Shown: in pieces, positions 53,910 to 64,000 of the stretch
How positions within the stretch are numbered: position 1 is the first letter of the stretch
Layout of the letters: every line of letters starts with the position of its first letter
Assembly (NCBI GenBank): GCA_002067755.1
Contig: MVQH01000077.1
Location: forward strand, 1,425-65,424
Direction: 5' to 3'
Origin: Methanosaeta sp. PtaB.Bin018
GTDB taxonomy: Archaea > Halobacteriota > Methanosarcinia > Methanotrichales > Methanotrichaceae
DNA: 64,000 bases
Notes under the pieces: model-generated
Seen by the model: only the letters and a program-made list of their open reading frames with translations
Database searches by the model: none
Told to the model about the DNA's origin: nothing
Made by a program: the position numbers and the translations under genes

Positions 53910-56541
53910 TCAACATCGGATGCCCGGATCTTCTTTTTGGCCTCTTGATTTTGCAGACCCTGGAATCGTAGACTGCCCAGAGGATGACCATTTGGCGAGC
54001 ATATCTGCCAGTTCTCTTTTAATGATTGGTTTGGCAATAAAATCGTTCATTCCGGCCTGAACACACCTCTCTCTATCTTCTTTCATGGCGGAAGCCGTCA
54101 GGGCGATGATGGGAATGCGTGGATTGAGTGCTCTTGAATCATCCCGGCGAATTGTGCGGGTGGCCTCGAAACCATCCATCTCAGGCATATGACAGTCCAT
54201 CAAGACCAGGTCGTAAGGAATGGTCTGCAGCGCACTGACAGCCTCCAGACCATTGGCCACAGCATCCGCTTGGTAGCCCATGTTTCGCATCATCGCCAAC
54301 GCCACTTTCTGGTTTACTGGATTGTCCTCTGCCAGAAGGATGCGTATTTTCCGATTGACTGGGCCTTGTTGACTTGGCAGGGTAGTGGAACGCTCTGCAG
54401 GCTCCTTTAGCCTGACTTTGGAAAAAGTCGCATGCTCAGATGAGAGGCTTGCAGAGGGCTTTTTAAAAACAGCAATAAACCAGAAGGTGGACCCTTCACC
54501 TTCACGGCTCTCCACACCAATCTCTCCTCCCATCAATTCGACCAACTGCTTGGAGATGGCCAGGCCCAGACCAGTCCCGCCATATTTGCGCATTGTGGAG
54601 CCATCCACCTGGGTGAAGGGCGAGAAGAGGACATCTTTTCTATTTGCTGGAATGCCGATGCCTGTATCGCTGACTTGGAAGCGAAGGGCGACAGTCCTCT
54701 CATCAGAGCTCTGCAGGCAAACGCGAATCGATATCCTGCCCTCTTCTGTAAACTTCACTGCATTGCTCCCCAGGTTGACCAAAATCTGGCGCAGCCTTCC
54801 TGGATCGCCTCTCAGATGAGTTGGGACCTCAGGATCGACCTGACATATCAGCTCAAGCCCTTTCTCATGAGCACCGATGGCCAAAAAATCGATGATATCC
54901 TTGAGCACAGAGTGCAGGTCGAAGTCCAGGACCTCCAGCTCCATTTTGTTGGCTGCGATCTTGGAATAGTCAAGGATCTGGTTTACAAGAGAGAGCAAGT
55001 TCTCGCCACTGATATGTGCGAGCTGTGCATATTCACGCTGTTCGGCATTCAGGTCCGTGTCCATCAGCAATCCGATCATGCCGATGATGCCGTTCAAAGG
55101 GGTTCGGATCTCATGGCTGATGTTGGCCAGGAACTCGCTCTTCGCAGCATTTGCCCTCATGGCCTCCTCAGCCATCTGTTCAGCATGCCAAGTAGCCTCC
55201 TCAAGTCGCAGATTCGCTTTCTTCAGCTCGTTTTCTGTCTGCTTGTACCTTGTGATATCGCGGATGGACTCAATTGCTCCCACGACAGAACCGCTGCTAT
55301 CGTACAGCAGGGATGCGATGCACCAGATGAATACATTTCTCCTGCCGTTCAGGTTGGAAATTTCAGTCTCTGCGATCAGCTGATTGCCCTTCCTGGAAAT
55401 AAAGTAATATCTCTTATCGATCTTAGCCTGGTCCATAAAGAGGTAGTCGATGAGGATCGGCCGGCGTTCGCCATAGAATGGGATTGCGTAAACATAATTG
55501 CCCTTACCCATCACCTCTGTCTTCTGCACGCCGGTCATCTCTTCGATGGCACGGTTCCATGCAATGACCCTCCCTTCTCGATCCACAGCGAATGTGGCAT
55601 CGGGCAGGAAATCGATGATATCGGACATGCGCCTCTCAGACTCGCGCAGAGCATCCATTGCGTGCCTATAGCCGGTGATATCAGAGATAGTTCCAAGTAA
55701 GCCTATGAACTCTCCATTTAAACCCACCATCCTTCGCCCACTTAAATATCCCCAGAAATCGCCTCCATCCCCGCGAAGGTAATGTCTCTGTGTATAGATA
55801 ACATCGAGCCTATCTTCCAGCATCGCTCTCAGGGTATTTGCTCCCTCCTCGCGTTCATCAGGATGAACAAAGGCGGTATACGGAGTGCCGATCATGGCCT
55901 CCAATGGGCATGCGAACAGCTCAGCCATCCGCCGGTTAGCTTGGACGACCCGTCCTTTCGTGTCGACTATGATTATTCCAGCGCTGGAGGTCTCAAAAAT
56001 AGTCCTTAACCTCAGCTCGCTCCTTCGCAGAGCTTCGTTGATCTCCTTCTGCTTGGTGATGTTGCTTGTCGTGCCAAAGACAGTAACCTGGCCATCTCGG
56101 TGGGAATGGGCAGAAGCCGTGGTGCGAGCCCAAATCATAGTGCCGTCTGACTTTCGCAGACGATACTCTACGCTTTTGTCCCTTCCCTGGCATTCGTATT
56201 GCGTCTGAAAGCGCATCCTGGACGGCTGGCAGGTCATCGGGATGAACATAGGATAAAAATTTGTCGAAGCTATCTTCGATGGTGCCATCAGGCAAACCCA
56301 GCATCCTGTCAGCGACATGTGAGATATATGAGTCGACGCTCTCTCCATTGAGGCCGAGATCATAGCGCCAGAGGATATCGGATGTCATCAAGACCACTTG
56401 CTCATATTGGGATTTTCGGTCATCTGCTGCTCGCTCAGCATCCCACAAGCTCTCTTTGACTTGAGTGCGACGATCGAATTTCATGATCATCCTTAAAGAA
56501 TTGTTTTTTGTTGATACATCTTTCGGACCGTCTGTCAGCAT
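53910..56541 (-). pseudogene. Hybrid multi-PAS sensor histidine kinase/response regulator interrupted by a frameshift, or by a sequence error
   Basis: ORF 55993-56541 encodes the first half of a PAS domain (...FLSYVHPDDLPAVQDAL). ORF 53910-56363 continues that same domain in another frame (...GRDKSVEYRLRKSDGTMIWARTT). After it come more PAS units, the H-box (FLANISHEIRTPLN), HATPase (GGTGLGLAIS) and a receiver (ILLAEDNPVNQKV...DLVLMDCHMPEMDG). Confidence 0.6.
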
Positions 56542-57380
56542 TCGATCTCACTGTCTCTCTTCTTTTTTTGAACCTTGATCAGCTCTGCTCCGAAGAGGAA
56601 TATCTGGGCAGAGTAGTAGATCCAGAAGAGGAAGACCACCAGGCTGCCTGCTGCTCCATAGGCAGAGCCAAGATCGATCAGGCTCACATAGATCTCAATG
56701 ACGAAATTGCCGGCTGCAAGCAGCAGAGCAGTTACGGCTGAGCCTGTCAGCACATCCATCCAACCCAACGCCACATCAGAGAGCGTCTTGTAGGTCATGG
56801 CGAAGAGGAGTGTGATGAAGAGGAAGGATATCAGGAATGTGATTCCTCGCAGAAGTCCGAGATGGACCGGAAGCTGCTCCTCGATCTGCTTGCCAACGGG
56901 CAGCAGAACTGCGGTGACAAACGAAGAGAGGAGGAGCATGAAGGCCACGAATGCTATCAGCAAAAATGATTTCACATAGGATCGGACAGTTCCTGTCACA
57001 AAAGGTTTGTCTTCCTGGATTGCCCATATGATATGAAATGCTCTCTTGGTCTGCACGAAGAGACCAGCAGCTGCCAGGAGCAGTATGATTATGCTCAAGA
57101 GCGTGAACCGAAATGATGCAGCCTGCTCCCTGGCCCGATATATGAGCTCATCAGATCCCGGGGCCCGCTGGCCTGCAAGCTCCTGGGCCAGTCCAGCAAC
57201 ATCAGCAGCTAGGATTTCATGGCCTATTAGAGAATTTATAAGTATTAATAATAATATTAGCAGTGGAACCAGGGAGAAGATCCCATAGTAGGCCAGGGCA
57301 GCGGCCAGAAGAGATGCATCGTCTTTTTGCCATTCTGAGAAAGCCTCCTGAAGAGATCGCAAAAATTCCTTCAGGTGCAT
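56535..57380 (-). CDS. YihY/BrkB-family membrane protein
   Basis: AAALAYYGIFSLVPLL signature and ~6 TM segments. Confidence 0.8.
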   Translation of the reverse strand: MHLKEFLRSLQEAFSEWQKDDASLLAAALAYYGIFSLVPLLILLLILINSLIGHEILAADVAGLAQELAGQRAPGSDELIYRAREQAASFRFTLLSIIILLLAAAGLFVQTKRAFHIIWAIQEDKPFVTGTVRSYVKSFLLIAFVAFMLLLSSFVTAVLLPVGKQIEEQLPVHLGLLRGITFLISFLFITLLFAMTYKTLSDVALGWMDVLTGSAVTALLLAAGNFVIEIYVSLIDLGSAYGAAGSLVVFLFWIYYSAQIFLFGAELIKVQKKKRDSEIEC

Positions 57381-57424
57381 AAAATATACCTTAGCGCAAG
57401 ATTGGAGATGAAAAGGGAATCCGG

Positions 57425-58648
57425 TCAGCTCCCTTTCAAATCCTCTCTTTGGGTGATGTTCTTTATCTCTTGCTTCAGGTCCTCTGGCAGCCCCTTGATC
57501 TCCACATCCAAAAAGCCCCTGACGATTACGCTCGTTGCCTCCTCGGATGTCAGCCCTCGGGCCATGAGGTACTCCAGCTCCTCCTCGGATATTCGGCCGA
57601 CGGCTGCCTCGTGGGACATGTCCAGATCGCGGCTCTGGCCATCCAGCTCAGGAATGGAGTAGATCCTGCCTTTATCGGATAGCAGCAGCCCCACGCATTC
57701 CAGGTGCGCCCTTGCACCCGGAACTCTGCCGGTCATCCTGCCCCGTGCGATGACTTCTCCGCCCACTGAAACTACCCGTGAGATGGACTCAGCGGACGTT
57801 TCGGGTGCATCGAGAATCACATTGCTGCCGATATCTATGTTGCCCATGGTGGAATAGACCACTGTGTTGAAGCTGGCAACAGCTCCGCGGCCTGCGAGTG
57901 TGGCTGAGGGGAAGGTCTGAATGGTCTTCACAGGGCGCAGCAATATGTAGTTGTTTGAGAGAGAACCTCCTTCTGCGATTGCGATTCCTGTTCTAGGCCG
58001 GACCTCCACCTCCTTGCCCCAGCTATGCACCATCGTGAAGCTCACGCGCGCATTCTTCTGGATGAAGAACTCCGAGACGCCGATGTGCAGTCCGCGCTGC
58101 ACATGCGCTGGCGTTGTGCAGCCAGTTATGACGTGCAGCTCCGACCCTTCCTCTGCGACGATGACATTGTGCACGCGCTGGTTGAGGTTTGTCGATCCGA
58201 GGTACAGACAGCTCTTGACTGGGAAGACAGTCTTCATGCCGCTCTTGGCGCGAATAAAATAGCCAGCGGGCGGAGAGGTCGCAACATCGGCTGTGTATTT
58301 GTCTGCATCTGGTGCCACCAGCTTCCACCAGTAGTCCTGAAGATAGTCGTACTTCTTCAGGGCGCTGGCAATATCCATGATCTCCACGCCTTCATAAAGC
58401 GATTTGGCCACAACGGGCGTCTGGTCCATCTGCACATAAGCTCCGGACGACTCGGCATCGAGCTTCACGCCTACATCCAGAGCTGCCTTCTTGACTATGC
58501 CCGGAAGCTCCTCTGCCTTCTCAACGATGTTTTGTGGCTTTGCATCAGACTCGTAGCTTTGCAGGTCAACGTCTGTGCCATAGAGGGCCCTCTTCTCCCG
58601 CGCTCTGCGGGCTTTCTCTTCTATGTCTGACACATGCATCCTGCACAC
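57425..58648 (-). CDS. sufB: Fe-S cluster assembly protein SufB/SufD
   Basis: SufBD-type C-terminal region (HEAAVGRISEEELEYLMARGL), immediately downstream of sufC. Confidence 0.85.
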   Translation of the reverse strand: MCRMHVSDIEEKARRAREKRALYGTDVDLQSYESDAKPQNIVEKAEELPGIVKKAALDVGVKLDAESSGAYVQMDQTPVVAKSLYEGVEIMDIASALKKYDYLQDYWWKLVAPDADKYTADVATSPPAGYFIRAKSGMKTVFPVKSCLYLGSTNLNQRVHNVIVAEEGSELHVITGCTTPAHVQRGLHIGVSEFFIQKNARVSFTMVHSWGKEVEVRPRTGIAIAEGGSLSNNYILLRPVKTIQTFPSATLAGRGAVASFNTVVYSTMGNIDIGSNVILDAPETSAESISRVVSVGGEVIARGRMTGRVPGARAHLECVGLLLSDKGRIYSIPELDGQSRDLDMSHEAAVGRISEEELEYLMARGLTSEEATSVIVRGFLDVEIKGLPEDLKQEIKNITQREDLKGS

Positions 58649-59364
58649 CCCTCATATCCGTTTCTTTTGATCTGCGCCAGGATCTCGCTCGGATTGCCGC
58701 TGCAGACTATTGACCCGCCGAGCATTACATGAGCCCTGTCGGCCTTCATGTACTCCAGGATGTGGCCGAAGTGCGTGATAATTATCCCAGACTTGGTTCT
58801 GGAGCTAGGACGCCTGTCCTTTTGCGTCAGGGAGTTGATGGCATCTCCTATGAGCTTGATGTTCTCCAGGTCCACTCCAGAGTCAGGTTCGTCGAGCATG
58901 ACGAAGTCCGGTTGCTGGGCCAGAAGCTGGACCATCTCCGAGCGCTTAACCTCGCCTCCGGAAAATCCGCGATTGACATCGCGCTCGGCGAAGGCTGCAA
59001 AATCCATCTTATTCAGAATGGCCAAGACATCGGCTTTGGGATTGATGATCCTGATGAGGTCCTTGAGCCTCAGGCCGCGGATAGCTGGAGGACGCTGGAA
59101 GGCCATGCCAATGCCAAGCCTTGCCCGCTCGTCCATTGACATATTTGTGATATCCTTGCCTTTGAAGACGATTCGTCCTCCATCAACTTTGTACCTGGGA
59201 ATTCCAGCGATAACATTTAAGAGGGTGGTTTTGCCTGTTCCATTTGGCCCAAAGAGAGCATGGGTCTCGCCGGACCCTATTTTAAGGTTGAAGTTCTTCA
59301 GAACCTGCTTATTGCCGATGCTGGCCGACAGATCAACAATCTCCAGCAGCCACATCACCTCCAA
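58621..59364 (-). CDS. sufC: Fe-S cluster assembly ATPase SufC
   Basis: Walker A GPNGTGKTT, signature FSGGEVKR, Walker B FVMLDEPDSGVD. Confidence 0.9.
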   Translation of the reverse strand: MEVMWLLEIVDLSASIGNKQVLKNFNLKIGSGETHALFGPNGTGKTTLLNVIAGIPRYKVDGGRIVFKGKDITNMSMDERARLGIGMAFQRPPAIRGLRLKDLIRIINPKADVLAILNKMDFAAFAERDVNRGFSGGEVKRSEMVQLLAQQPDFVMLDEPDSGVDLENIKLIGDAINSLTQKDRRPSSRTKSGIIITHFGHILEYMKADRAHVMLGGSIVCSGNPSEILAQIKRNGYEGCAGCMCQT

Positions 59365-59444
59365 TGATCTAACTTAGATGACCTTGGAATATAATATCCT
59401 TTTCAGCGGAAAAACCAAATACTGAATAGATATGATGTCACATC

Positions 59445-59924
59445 ATGATCAAGGGCAAGTCTTGGGTCTTCGGCGACGACGTGGATACGGATGTGATCAT
59501 ACCCGGCAAGTACCTCAGGACCAAGGACACAAAGCTCTGGGCAGAGCATGTCATGGAGGGTCTGGACCCGCATTTTGCCTCAAGGGTCCAGAAGGGAGAC
59601 ATCATTGTGGCGGGCCGAAACTTCGGCAGCGGCTCCTCTCGGGAGCAGGCTCCAAGAGCCCTGAAGGAGGCTGGAGTTGCCGCGGTGGTGGCCAAGTCCT
59701 TTGCCCGCATATTTTACAGGAACGCCATCAATGTCGGGCTGCCTTTGGTGGAGGCAGATGTGGATTGCAAAGAGGGCGACGAGGTAGAAGTTGACCTTGC
59801 CTTGGGAACCGTTCGCGTGGGCGACAGAGTTATCCAGGGAAGCAGGCTTCCTGACTTTTTATTGGAGATCCTGCAGGCTGGAGGCCTTGTGGCCCATCGC
59901 AGACAGCAAAAGAAAGTGGCCTGA
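59445..59924 (+). CDS. Aconitase-family small subunit: 3-isopropylmalate dehydratase/homoaconitase (LeuD/HacB); the substrate loop favours HacB
   Basis: [18 protein letters not shown] and [14 protein letters not shown]. From memory, the YLRT loop is the methanogen homoaconitase version. Confidence 0.8.
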   Translation: MIKGKSWVFGDDVDTDVIIPGKYLRTKDTKLWAEHVMEGLDPHFASRVQKGDIIVAGRNFGSGSSREQAPRALKEAGVAAVVAKSFARIFYRNAINVGLPLVEADVDCKEGDEVEVDLALGTVRVGDRVIQGSRLPDFLLEILQAGGLVAHRRQQKKVA

Positions 59925-59929
59925 TCTAC

Positions 59930-60757
59930 ATGATATTTCCTGAGGACTATAAATCTGTGGGCATAAAGGATCAAGAGCGCCTGGGCGAGCCCATCTACTT
60001 TGCCACAGAATACCTCATCAACCGGGATGGTCCGAGGCTTTACCGCGTGCAAAGCAGAGGCAAGGGTTTCATGAGGCAACTGGAGAGCCTGGAACTGATT
60101 GCTTCAGGCACTGAGATTGTGTTTTATCCTGGGAAGGTCGACACTCGCAACAGGGCAAAGATGATAGATCTGGCGGCAGATGTATGCCGCAGCAGAGGCG
60201 CGAACACAGTCGTCTTTAAGGGACCTGATGAGCACGTTACATTCGTCAAAGACCCTGATCCTGCAGCAGTCCTGGCCATCGAGGTCTTGGATGTCTCTCC
60301 GCCAGATCCTCCGTGGCTCGTGTATGTGCTGGAGAGGCTGGAGCGCTGCGGAGTGCTGGGCGATCTGACGGTTCGATTTTTGCCCCGCGTTTTGGATCTG
60401 CGCAAGTTCGATTGCGACTGTGTCTATTATCCCTGCAGGGCCTCTGGCCTGGGCAGGTCACTTGACTGTGATCGCGTCACTCATGAAAAGCCCAGGATCG
60501 TAGGCTGTGAGGTCTCACGGGAGATATTCTTGGCTAAAAATGCAGGCAAGGAATATGAGTTCGTCAACATATGTCCGGTCAAGAGCGAGGAGCACGTCTT
60601 TGACCCAGCAGGACCTTTCATCACCCGCTGCTGTAAATCCGAGCGCAGAGGTTTGACTCGCTTGAACGGCCAGACGGGCATCATAGTGCACTGGGGAGAC
60701 GGCCCCTGGAAGATAGCTGAGGCAGTGAGATGTCTGGCGAAGGAGCTTGGAAGGTAG
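59930..60757 (+). CDS. Cys-rich hypothetical protein lying between the dehydratase small subunit and the dehydrogenase
   Basis: 275 aa with CDCVYYPC, GCEVS, ICPV and RCCKSE. No family recognised. Overlaps the downstream gene by 28 nt. Confidence 0.45.
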   Translation: MIFPEDYKSVGIKDQERLGEPIYFATEYLINRDGPRLYRVQSRGKGFMRQLESLELIASGTEIVFYPGKVDTRNRAKMIDLAADVCRSRGANTVVFKGPDEHVTFVKDPDPAAVLAIEVLDVSPPDPPWLVYVLERLERCGVLGDLTVRFLPRVLDLRKFDCDCVYYPCRASGLGRSLDCDRVTHEKPRIVGCEVSREIFLAKNAGKEYEFVNICPVKSEEHVFDPAGPFITRCCKSERRGLTRLNGQTGIIVHWGDGPWKIAEAVRCLAKELGR

Positions 60758-61707
60758 CAGTCGTTCCAGGAGATGGCATCGGCCCTGAGGTTGTAAGATC
60801 AGCGCTGGCGGTCCTGGATGCTGCAGGAGCCAAGTTCGAGCAGGTTGTCGTGGAGATTGGCTTTGGCCGCTGGAAGCGTCTGGGCCTGGCAATGGCAGAT
60901 GAGGATCTTGAGACCATCAAGCAGTGCGACTGCGTCCTTCTGGGAGCAATCACCACGCCACCGGATCCAGGCTACAGGAGCATTCTATTGCGGCTGCGAA
61001 AGGAGCTTGACCTTTACGCCAATATCAGGCCTTTTCGCTCCAAAGCCATCGATCTAATCATAGTGCGTGAGAACACCGAGGGGCTTTATTCCGGACTTGA
61101 GGAGGTCGGGGCAGAGGAGGCCCGGACACTGCGGGTCGTCACTCGAAGGGGCTCAGAGAGGATTGCAGAGAAGGCCTGTGAGATAGCTGCCAAAAAAAAG
61201 AGGCTAACCATAGTTCATAAGTCCAATGTCCTGCAAAGCGATCGTCTGTTCCTCAAGACCTGCCAGGCGGTGGCTATGCGGCGCGGGATCCAAGCTGAGG
61301 AGATGCTTGTGGACAGCGCTGCCTACAACCTTGTGGTCAATCCCCAGAGGTTTGATGTCATCGTTACTACGAACATGTTCGGGGACATTCTGAGCGATGA
61401 GGCAGCAGGCGTCGTGGGCTCTCTGGGGCTTTGCGCAAGCGCAAACGTTGGCATGAATAGCGCTCTGTTCGAGCCCATTCACGGCAGCGCTCCAGACATC
61501 GCAGGAAAGGGCATTGCCAATCCGCTAGGGGCCATTCGCAGTGCTGCGATGATGATGGAGTGGATGGGCGAGACGGAAAAGGCGACGAGGATAGAAGCTG
61601 CTGTGCAGTGGGCGCTTGATAATGATATTAAGACGCCCGACCTTGGCGGAGGATGCAGCACAGAGGATGTCACAAATGCCGTGGCTGACTACCTGGAAAG
61701 ATCTTGA
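60730..61707 (+). CDS. Isopropylmalate/homoisocitrate/isocitrate dehydrogenase family enzyme (LeuB/AksF type)
   Basis: [33 protein letters not shown] and [14 protein letters not shown]. Confidence 0.85.
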   Translation: MSGEGAWKVAVVPGDGIGPEVVRSALAVLDAAGAKFEQVVVEIGFGRWKRLGLAMADEDLETIKQCDCVLLGAITTPPDPGYRSILLRLRKELDLYANIRPFRSKAIDLIIVRENTEGLYSGLEEVGAEEARTLRVVTRRGSERIAEKACEIAAKKKRLTIVHKSNVLQSDRLFLKTCQAVAMRRGIQAEEMLVDSAAYNLVVNPQRFDVIVTTNMFGDILSDEAAGVVGSLGLCASANVGMNSALFEPIHGSAPDIAGKGIANPLGAIRSAAMMMEWMGETEKATRIEAAVQWALDNDIKTPDLGGGCSTEDVTNAVADYLERS

Positions 61708-61711
61708 AGCT

Positions 61712-61724
61712 ATTTTTTCTTTTT
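61712..61724 (+). terminator. Oligo-T tract after the dehydrogenase gene
   Basis: ATTTTTTCTTTTT starts 4 nt after stop 61705-61707. Confidence 0.4.
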
Positions 61725-61933
61725 CCATATATTTGCAAACCAGCGAGAAAGGCTCCAGGGCAAGCTGTTCATAAGCCGTTTTCTGATGAGGCCTTGATCG
61801 TCCTTTCTCTTCACTGTCTGCTTCCTCATAAATCTCCCAAGAATTTAGTTGGGGCTTTTTATGGCTTAATACTTGATGGTCCTGGAGGTGCCATGCTGAT
61901 CGAAAGGTTTTTTATTCTTAAATTCGTTCCACC

Positions 61934-62236
61934 ATGGGAATGAGCGAGGGAATTAGCGAGGCAGAGAATAAGAGCTCTCTGAAGAAGAAGCTCGATCTAA
62001 AGAGCAAGCTGGATATCAAAGAAAAGCTCGATCTTGATGAGATGGTTGGAGACATCGGCGTCTCCATGCCTTCCACGGACGTTCATGAATACATCCGGGT
62101 CCTGAAGCTGGCCAGAAAGCCAAGCCGCGAGGAGTTCAACATGATCGCCAAGGTCTCTTTAGCGGGCATCGGAATCATAGGCACCATTGGCTTTGTAATA
62201 TACGCGCTGCTGACGGAACTTCCAAAAGCTATTTGA
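61934..62236 (+). CDS. secE: Preprotein translocase subunit SecE (Sec61 gamma)
   Basis: EYIRVLKLARKPSREEFNMIAKVSLAGIGIIGTIGFVIYAL is SecE-like. The Lys/Asp-rich 36-aa N-terminal extension may not be translated; ATG 62042 is the alternative start. Confidence 0.75.
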   Translation: MGMSEGISEAENKSSLKKKLDLKSKLDIKEKLDLDEMVGDIGVSMPSTDVHEYIRVLKLARKPSREEFNMIAKVSLAGIGIIGTIGFVIYALLTELPKAI

Positions 62237-62258
62237 AAAAATTTTTCCATGGTTCGCC

Positions 62259-63353
62259 TTATCTCGCTTTGTTCAGAGCCCTTAGTGTGGCTCCGAACTC
62301 AGATTCTACGAGAGAGGTCACGCCCATGGTCTTGGGGTGCAGGTCCAGCTCTACAGTAACGTGCTGGTGGCCCAGATCGCGCAGCGGCCTGACCTGGCGC
62401 GGACCATTGGTTATTGAGAATATCTCCAGGCCTTGCAGGACAGATGCTGGCAGTGCATGGGGCACTCCTGAGATCACAGCAAAGTCGTAGTCTCCATCCT
62501 TCATCAGCCTGGATACGGCCTCGCCCGTTACTGGATACTCGTCAAGCCCACCGATTAGCTTGAAGTCCACACCTCTCGAATGCAGGTCTCGGGCGATGTT
62601 TGCGGCGTCTCTCCTAACTTTGGGCAGGCCCACACTGTCATCGAGATTTGCCAAGGTCTCGACCTGCCCGCCAGCCACTTCGAAGACCGCTGCGGTTATG
62701 TCAGCGAACATGTAGGCGGTCTCTTTCTTTGCATTGAGGATGTTCAGGCCCCTTTTGCCATCGTGGATGAGCTGCAGCAGTCGTGATGCTGCCTCAAACT
62801 TGAGGTCGCCGTGTTCCGGTGCTAGGTACTCCTTGCTGGCGGCTCCATGAAGCCTCTCGACCTCCGTGGCTTTCTCAAGCAAAAACTTCTGCCGACAAAA
62901 CTCCTGCTCATCGATGATCCCCTTGTCTTTGGCGGCTTCCAGTGTGAGGATCACCCCTCTGGTGTTATCCCTGTACCCGGCATGCACCTCTACCTCCAGG
63001 ACAGGTATGTCGAGGTTCGCCTCGAGGACTGCCTGGTGCAGATCCTCTCCTATGATCATGCTGCTACAAGTTCCTGATACTGCCATGAGCTTGGGGTTGA
63101 ACAATTCCCTGGCCCTCTTGAGAAGATTTGTCAAGGGTTTTTGGCCACCGAAGACGAAGCCCGCCTCGTCCAATGCAGTCGTCAACACGCGCACACCGTC
63201 CTCTTCCAATAGCCGGGCATGCTTGAAGCAGCATCCGCTCGGGCCGTGGAGGATGACGACATCTGCTCCCAGGTCGCGCAGGGTATAGAGAGCCGCAACG
63301 ATTGAACTGGGCCTGGGATGAATTATCTGCAAATTCTGCACTTCGCTTGCCAT
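62259..63353 (-). CDS. cfbD: Nitrogenase-like Ni-sirohydrochlorin a,c-diamide reductive cyclase component CfbD (NflD)
   Basis: ATG 63353 gives [45 protein letters not shown]..., which is NifD/K-like. It lies directly downstream of a Mur-ligase-like gene, as in cfb clusters. The tracked start 63518 overlaps the upstream gene. Confidence 0.7.
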   Translation of the reverse strand: MASEVQNLQIIHPRPSSIVAALYTLRDLGADVVILHGPSGCCFKHARLLEEDGVRVLTTALDEAGFVFGGQKPLTNLLKRARELFNPKLMAVSGTCSSMIIGEDLHQAVLEANLDIPVLEVEVHAGYRDNTRGVILTLEAAKDKGIIDEQEFCRQKFLLEKATEVERLHGAASKEYLAPEHGDLKFEAASRLLQLIHDGKRGLNILNAKKETAYMFADITAAVFEVAGGQVETLANLDDSVGLPKVRRDAANIARDLHSRGVDFKLIGGLDEYPVTGEAVSRLMKDGDYDFAVISGVPHALPASVLQGLEIFSITNGPRQVRPLRDLGHQHVTVELDLHPKTMGVTSLVESEFGATLRALNKAR

Positions 63354-63360
63354 TTTCTTG

Positions 63361-64000
63361 TCACCTGAAACATTTAACGCACAAAAGCAGCCTCTCCACT
63401 GGGCATGACATGGCCTGCTCCTGGCCAGCAGCCAGGTCCCGAGCATGCATTGCTCCAAGCCCATCTGCCCAGGGTGCGAGCCTCTCTCCCACGAGAACCA
63501 AAAGGTCCAGCTCCGCACGGCGTTGGCGGAGAAGGTCCAGCAGGGCGGGAATATCCATGCCCTCGCATACAGTCTCCGACTCCTCTCCCACGACGAGGCC
63601 TAATTTGGGCCCACTGGCCAGATCCAAGGCACGGTTCACATCTCCTACCTTAAGCCCGGAGTTGGAGCTGTCGTAGATCTTGAGGCCAGGCTGGCGCAGG
63701 ACCTTCATTCGGCCGCTGAAGCCGTCAAAGTCCTGCAAAGCTCGGGCGATCTCGTCCAGAGGAATTCCGCTAGCGTGCGCCGTTGCTGCGGCTGCTGCTA
63801 GGGCTGTAGCATAGCCTGGAAAGTCCAGATCTTCACCGAGGGACAGGGGCAATTCTTGGCGTCCGAAGATCAGCTTATCAGGCTTTGCCTGCACATGTCC
63901 GTCCATGCCGAAGGAGAGATCTGCACAGACCCGAACGTCTGTGTTAGCCACCAGCCTGGCGCCCCTCTTTGCCAAAGAGAGCATCTGCAGCTTGGCGGTG
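63361..64000 (-). CDS. cfbE: Mur-ligase-family coenzyme F430 synthetase CfbE; the N-terminal part lies beyond the window
   Basis: Mur-ligase C-terminal-domain-like sequence ([28 protein letters not shown]). The call rests on its pairing with the cfbD-like gene. Confidence 0.6.
   Translation of the reverse strand, partial: TAKLQMLSLAKRGARLVANTDVRVCADLSFGMDGHVQAKPDKLIFGRQELPLSLGEDLDFPGYATALAAAAATAHASGIPLDEIARALQDFDGFSGRMKVLRQPGLKIYDSSNSGLKVGDVNRALDLASGPKLGLVVGEESETVCEGMDIPALLDLLRQRRAELDLLVLVGERLAPWADGLGAMHARDLAAGQEQAMSCPVERLLLCVKCFR

Noticed and set aside
54675-59377. Plus-strand ORFs 54675-55700 (341 aa), 58025-58630 (201 aa) and 58748-59377 (209 aa)
   Set aside because: They are antisense shadows of the sensor kinase, sufB and sufC.
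59432-59794. 120-aa plus-strand ORF overlapping the dehydratase small-subunit gene
   Set aside because: It is an alternative frame of a gene with clear LeuD/HacB motifs. The product is Gly/Arg-rich, typical of an off-frame translation.

Overview
The window is archaeal, and its gene content points to a methanogen. It carries SepRS, aRF1, Pus10, Csl4/RpoL, an L21e-RpoF-DUF655-KsgA cluster, a methanogenesis-marker-14-like gene and CfbD/CfbE for coenzyme F430. Together with GlyA/FolD and a SET-domain protein, this suggests a Methanosarcinales or Methanothrix-like organism of moderate GC; that lineage call is inference only. All product calls come from motifs I recognise in the translated ORFs, because no database search was possible. 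I found no rRNA, tRNA or CRISPR array.

Housekeeping genes occupy about 3-26.6 kb and 44-64 kb. They cover translation, transcription, 2-oxoacid:ferredoxin oxidoreductase, Fe-S assembly (NifS, SufBC), C1/folate metabolism, a probable coenzyme B gene pair and F430 synthesis. A hybrid sensor kinase runs off the left edge and is missing from the ORF track. A paralogous kinase at 53.9-56.5 kb is frameshifted.

Between the two housekeeping blocks, 26.6-44.0 kb encodes exported proteins rich in N-glycosylation sequons, and it contains a minimal IS200-type element.

The most interesting part is an eight-gene plus-strand locus at 30.66-43.95 kb:
- two PQQ-like beta-propeller proteins;
- a third propeller fused to an apparently extracytoplasmic CobN/ChlH-type chelatase with a C-terminal membrane anchor;
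- a polytopic membrane protein with an intramembrane CPAC motif;
- a MotA/ExbB-type proton channel and an ExbD-like single-pass partner;
- a DUF4430 protein followed by an alpha/alpha-toroid protein, which together resemble a split transcobalamin.

No AAA+ chelatase partner is present in the window. I propose a cell-surface tetrapyrrole or Co/Ni acquisition or (de)metallation system driven by proton-motive force. This is a hypothesis, not a demonstrated function.
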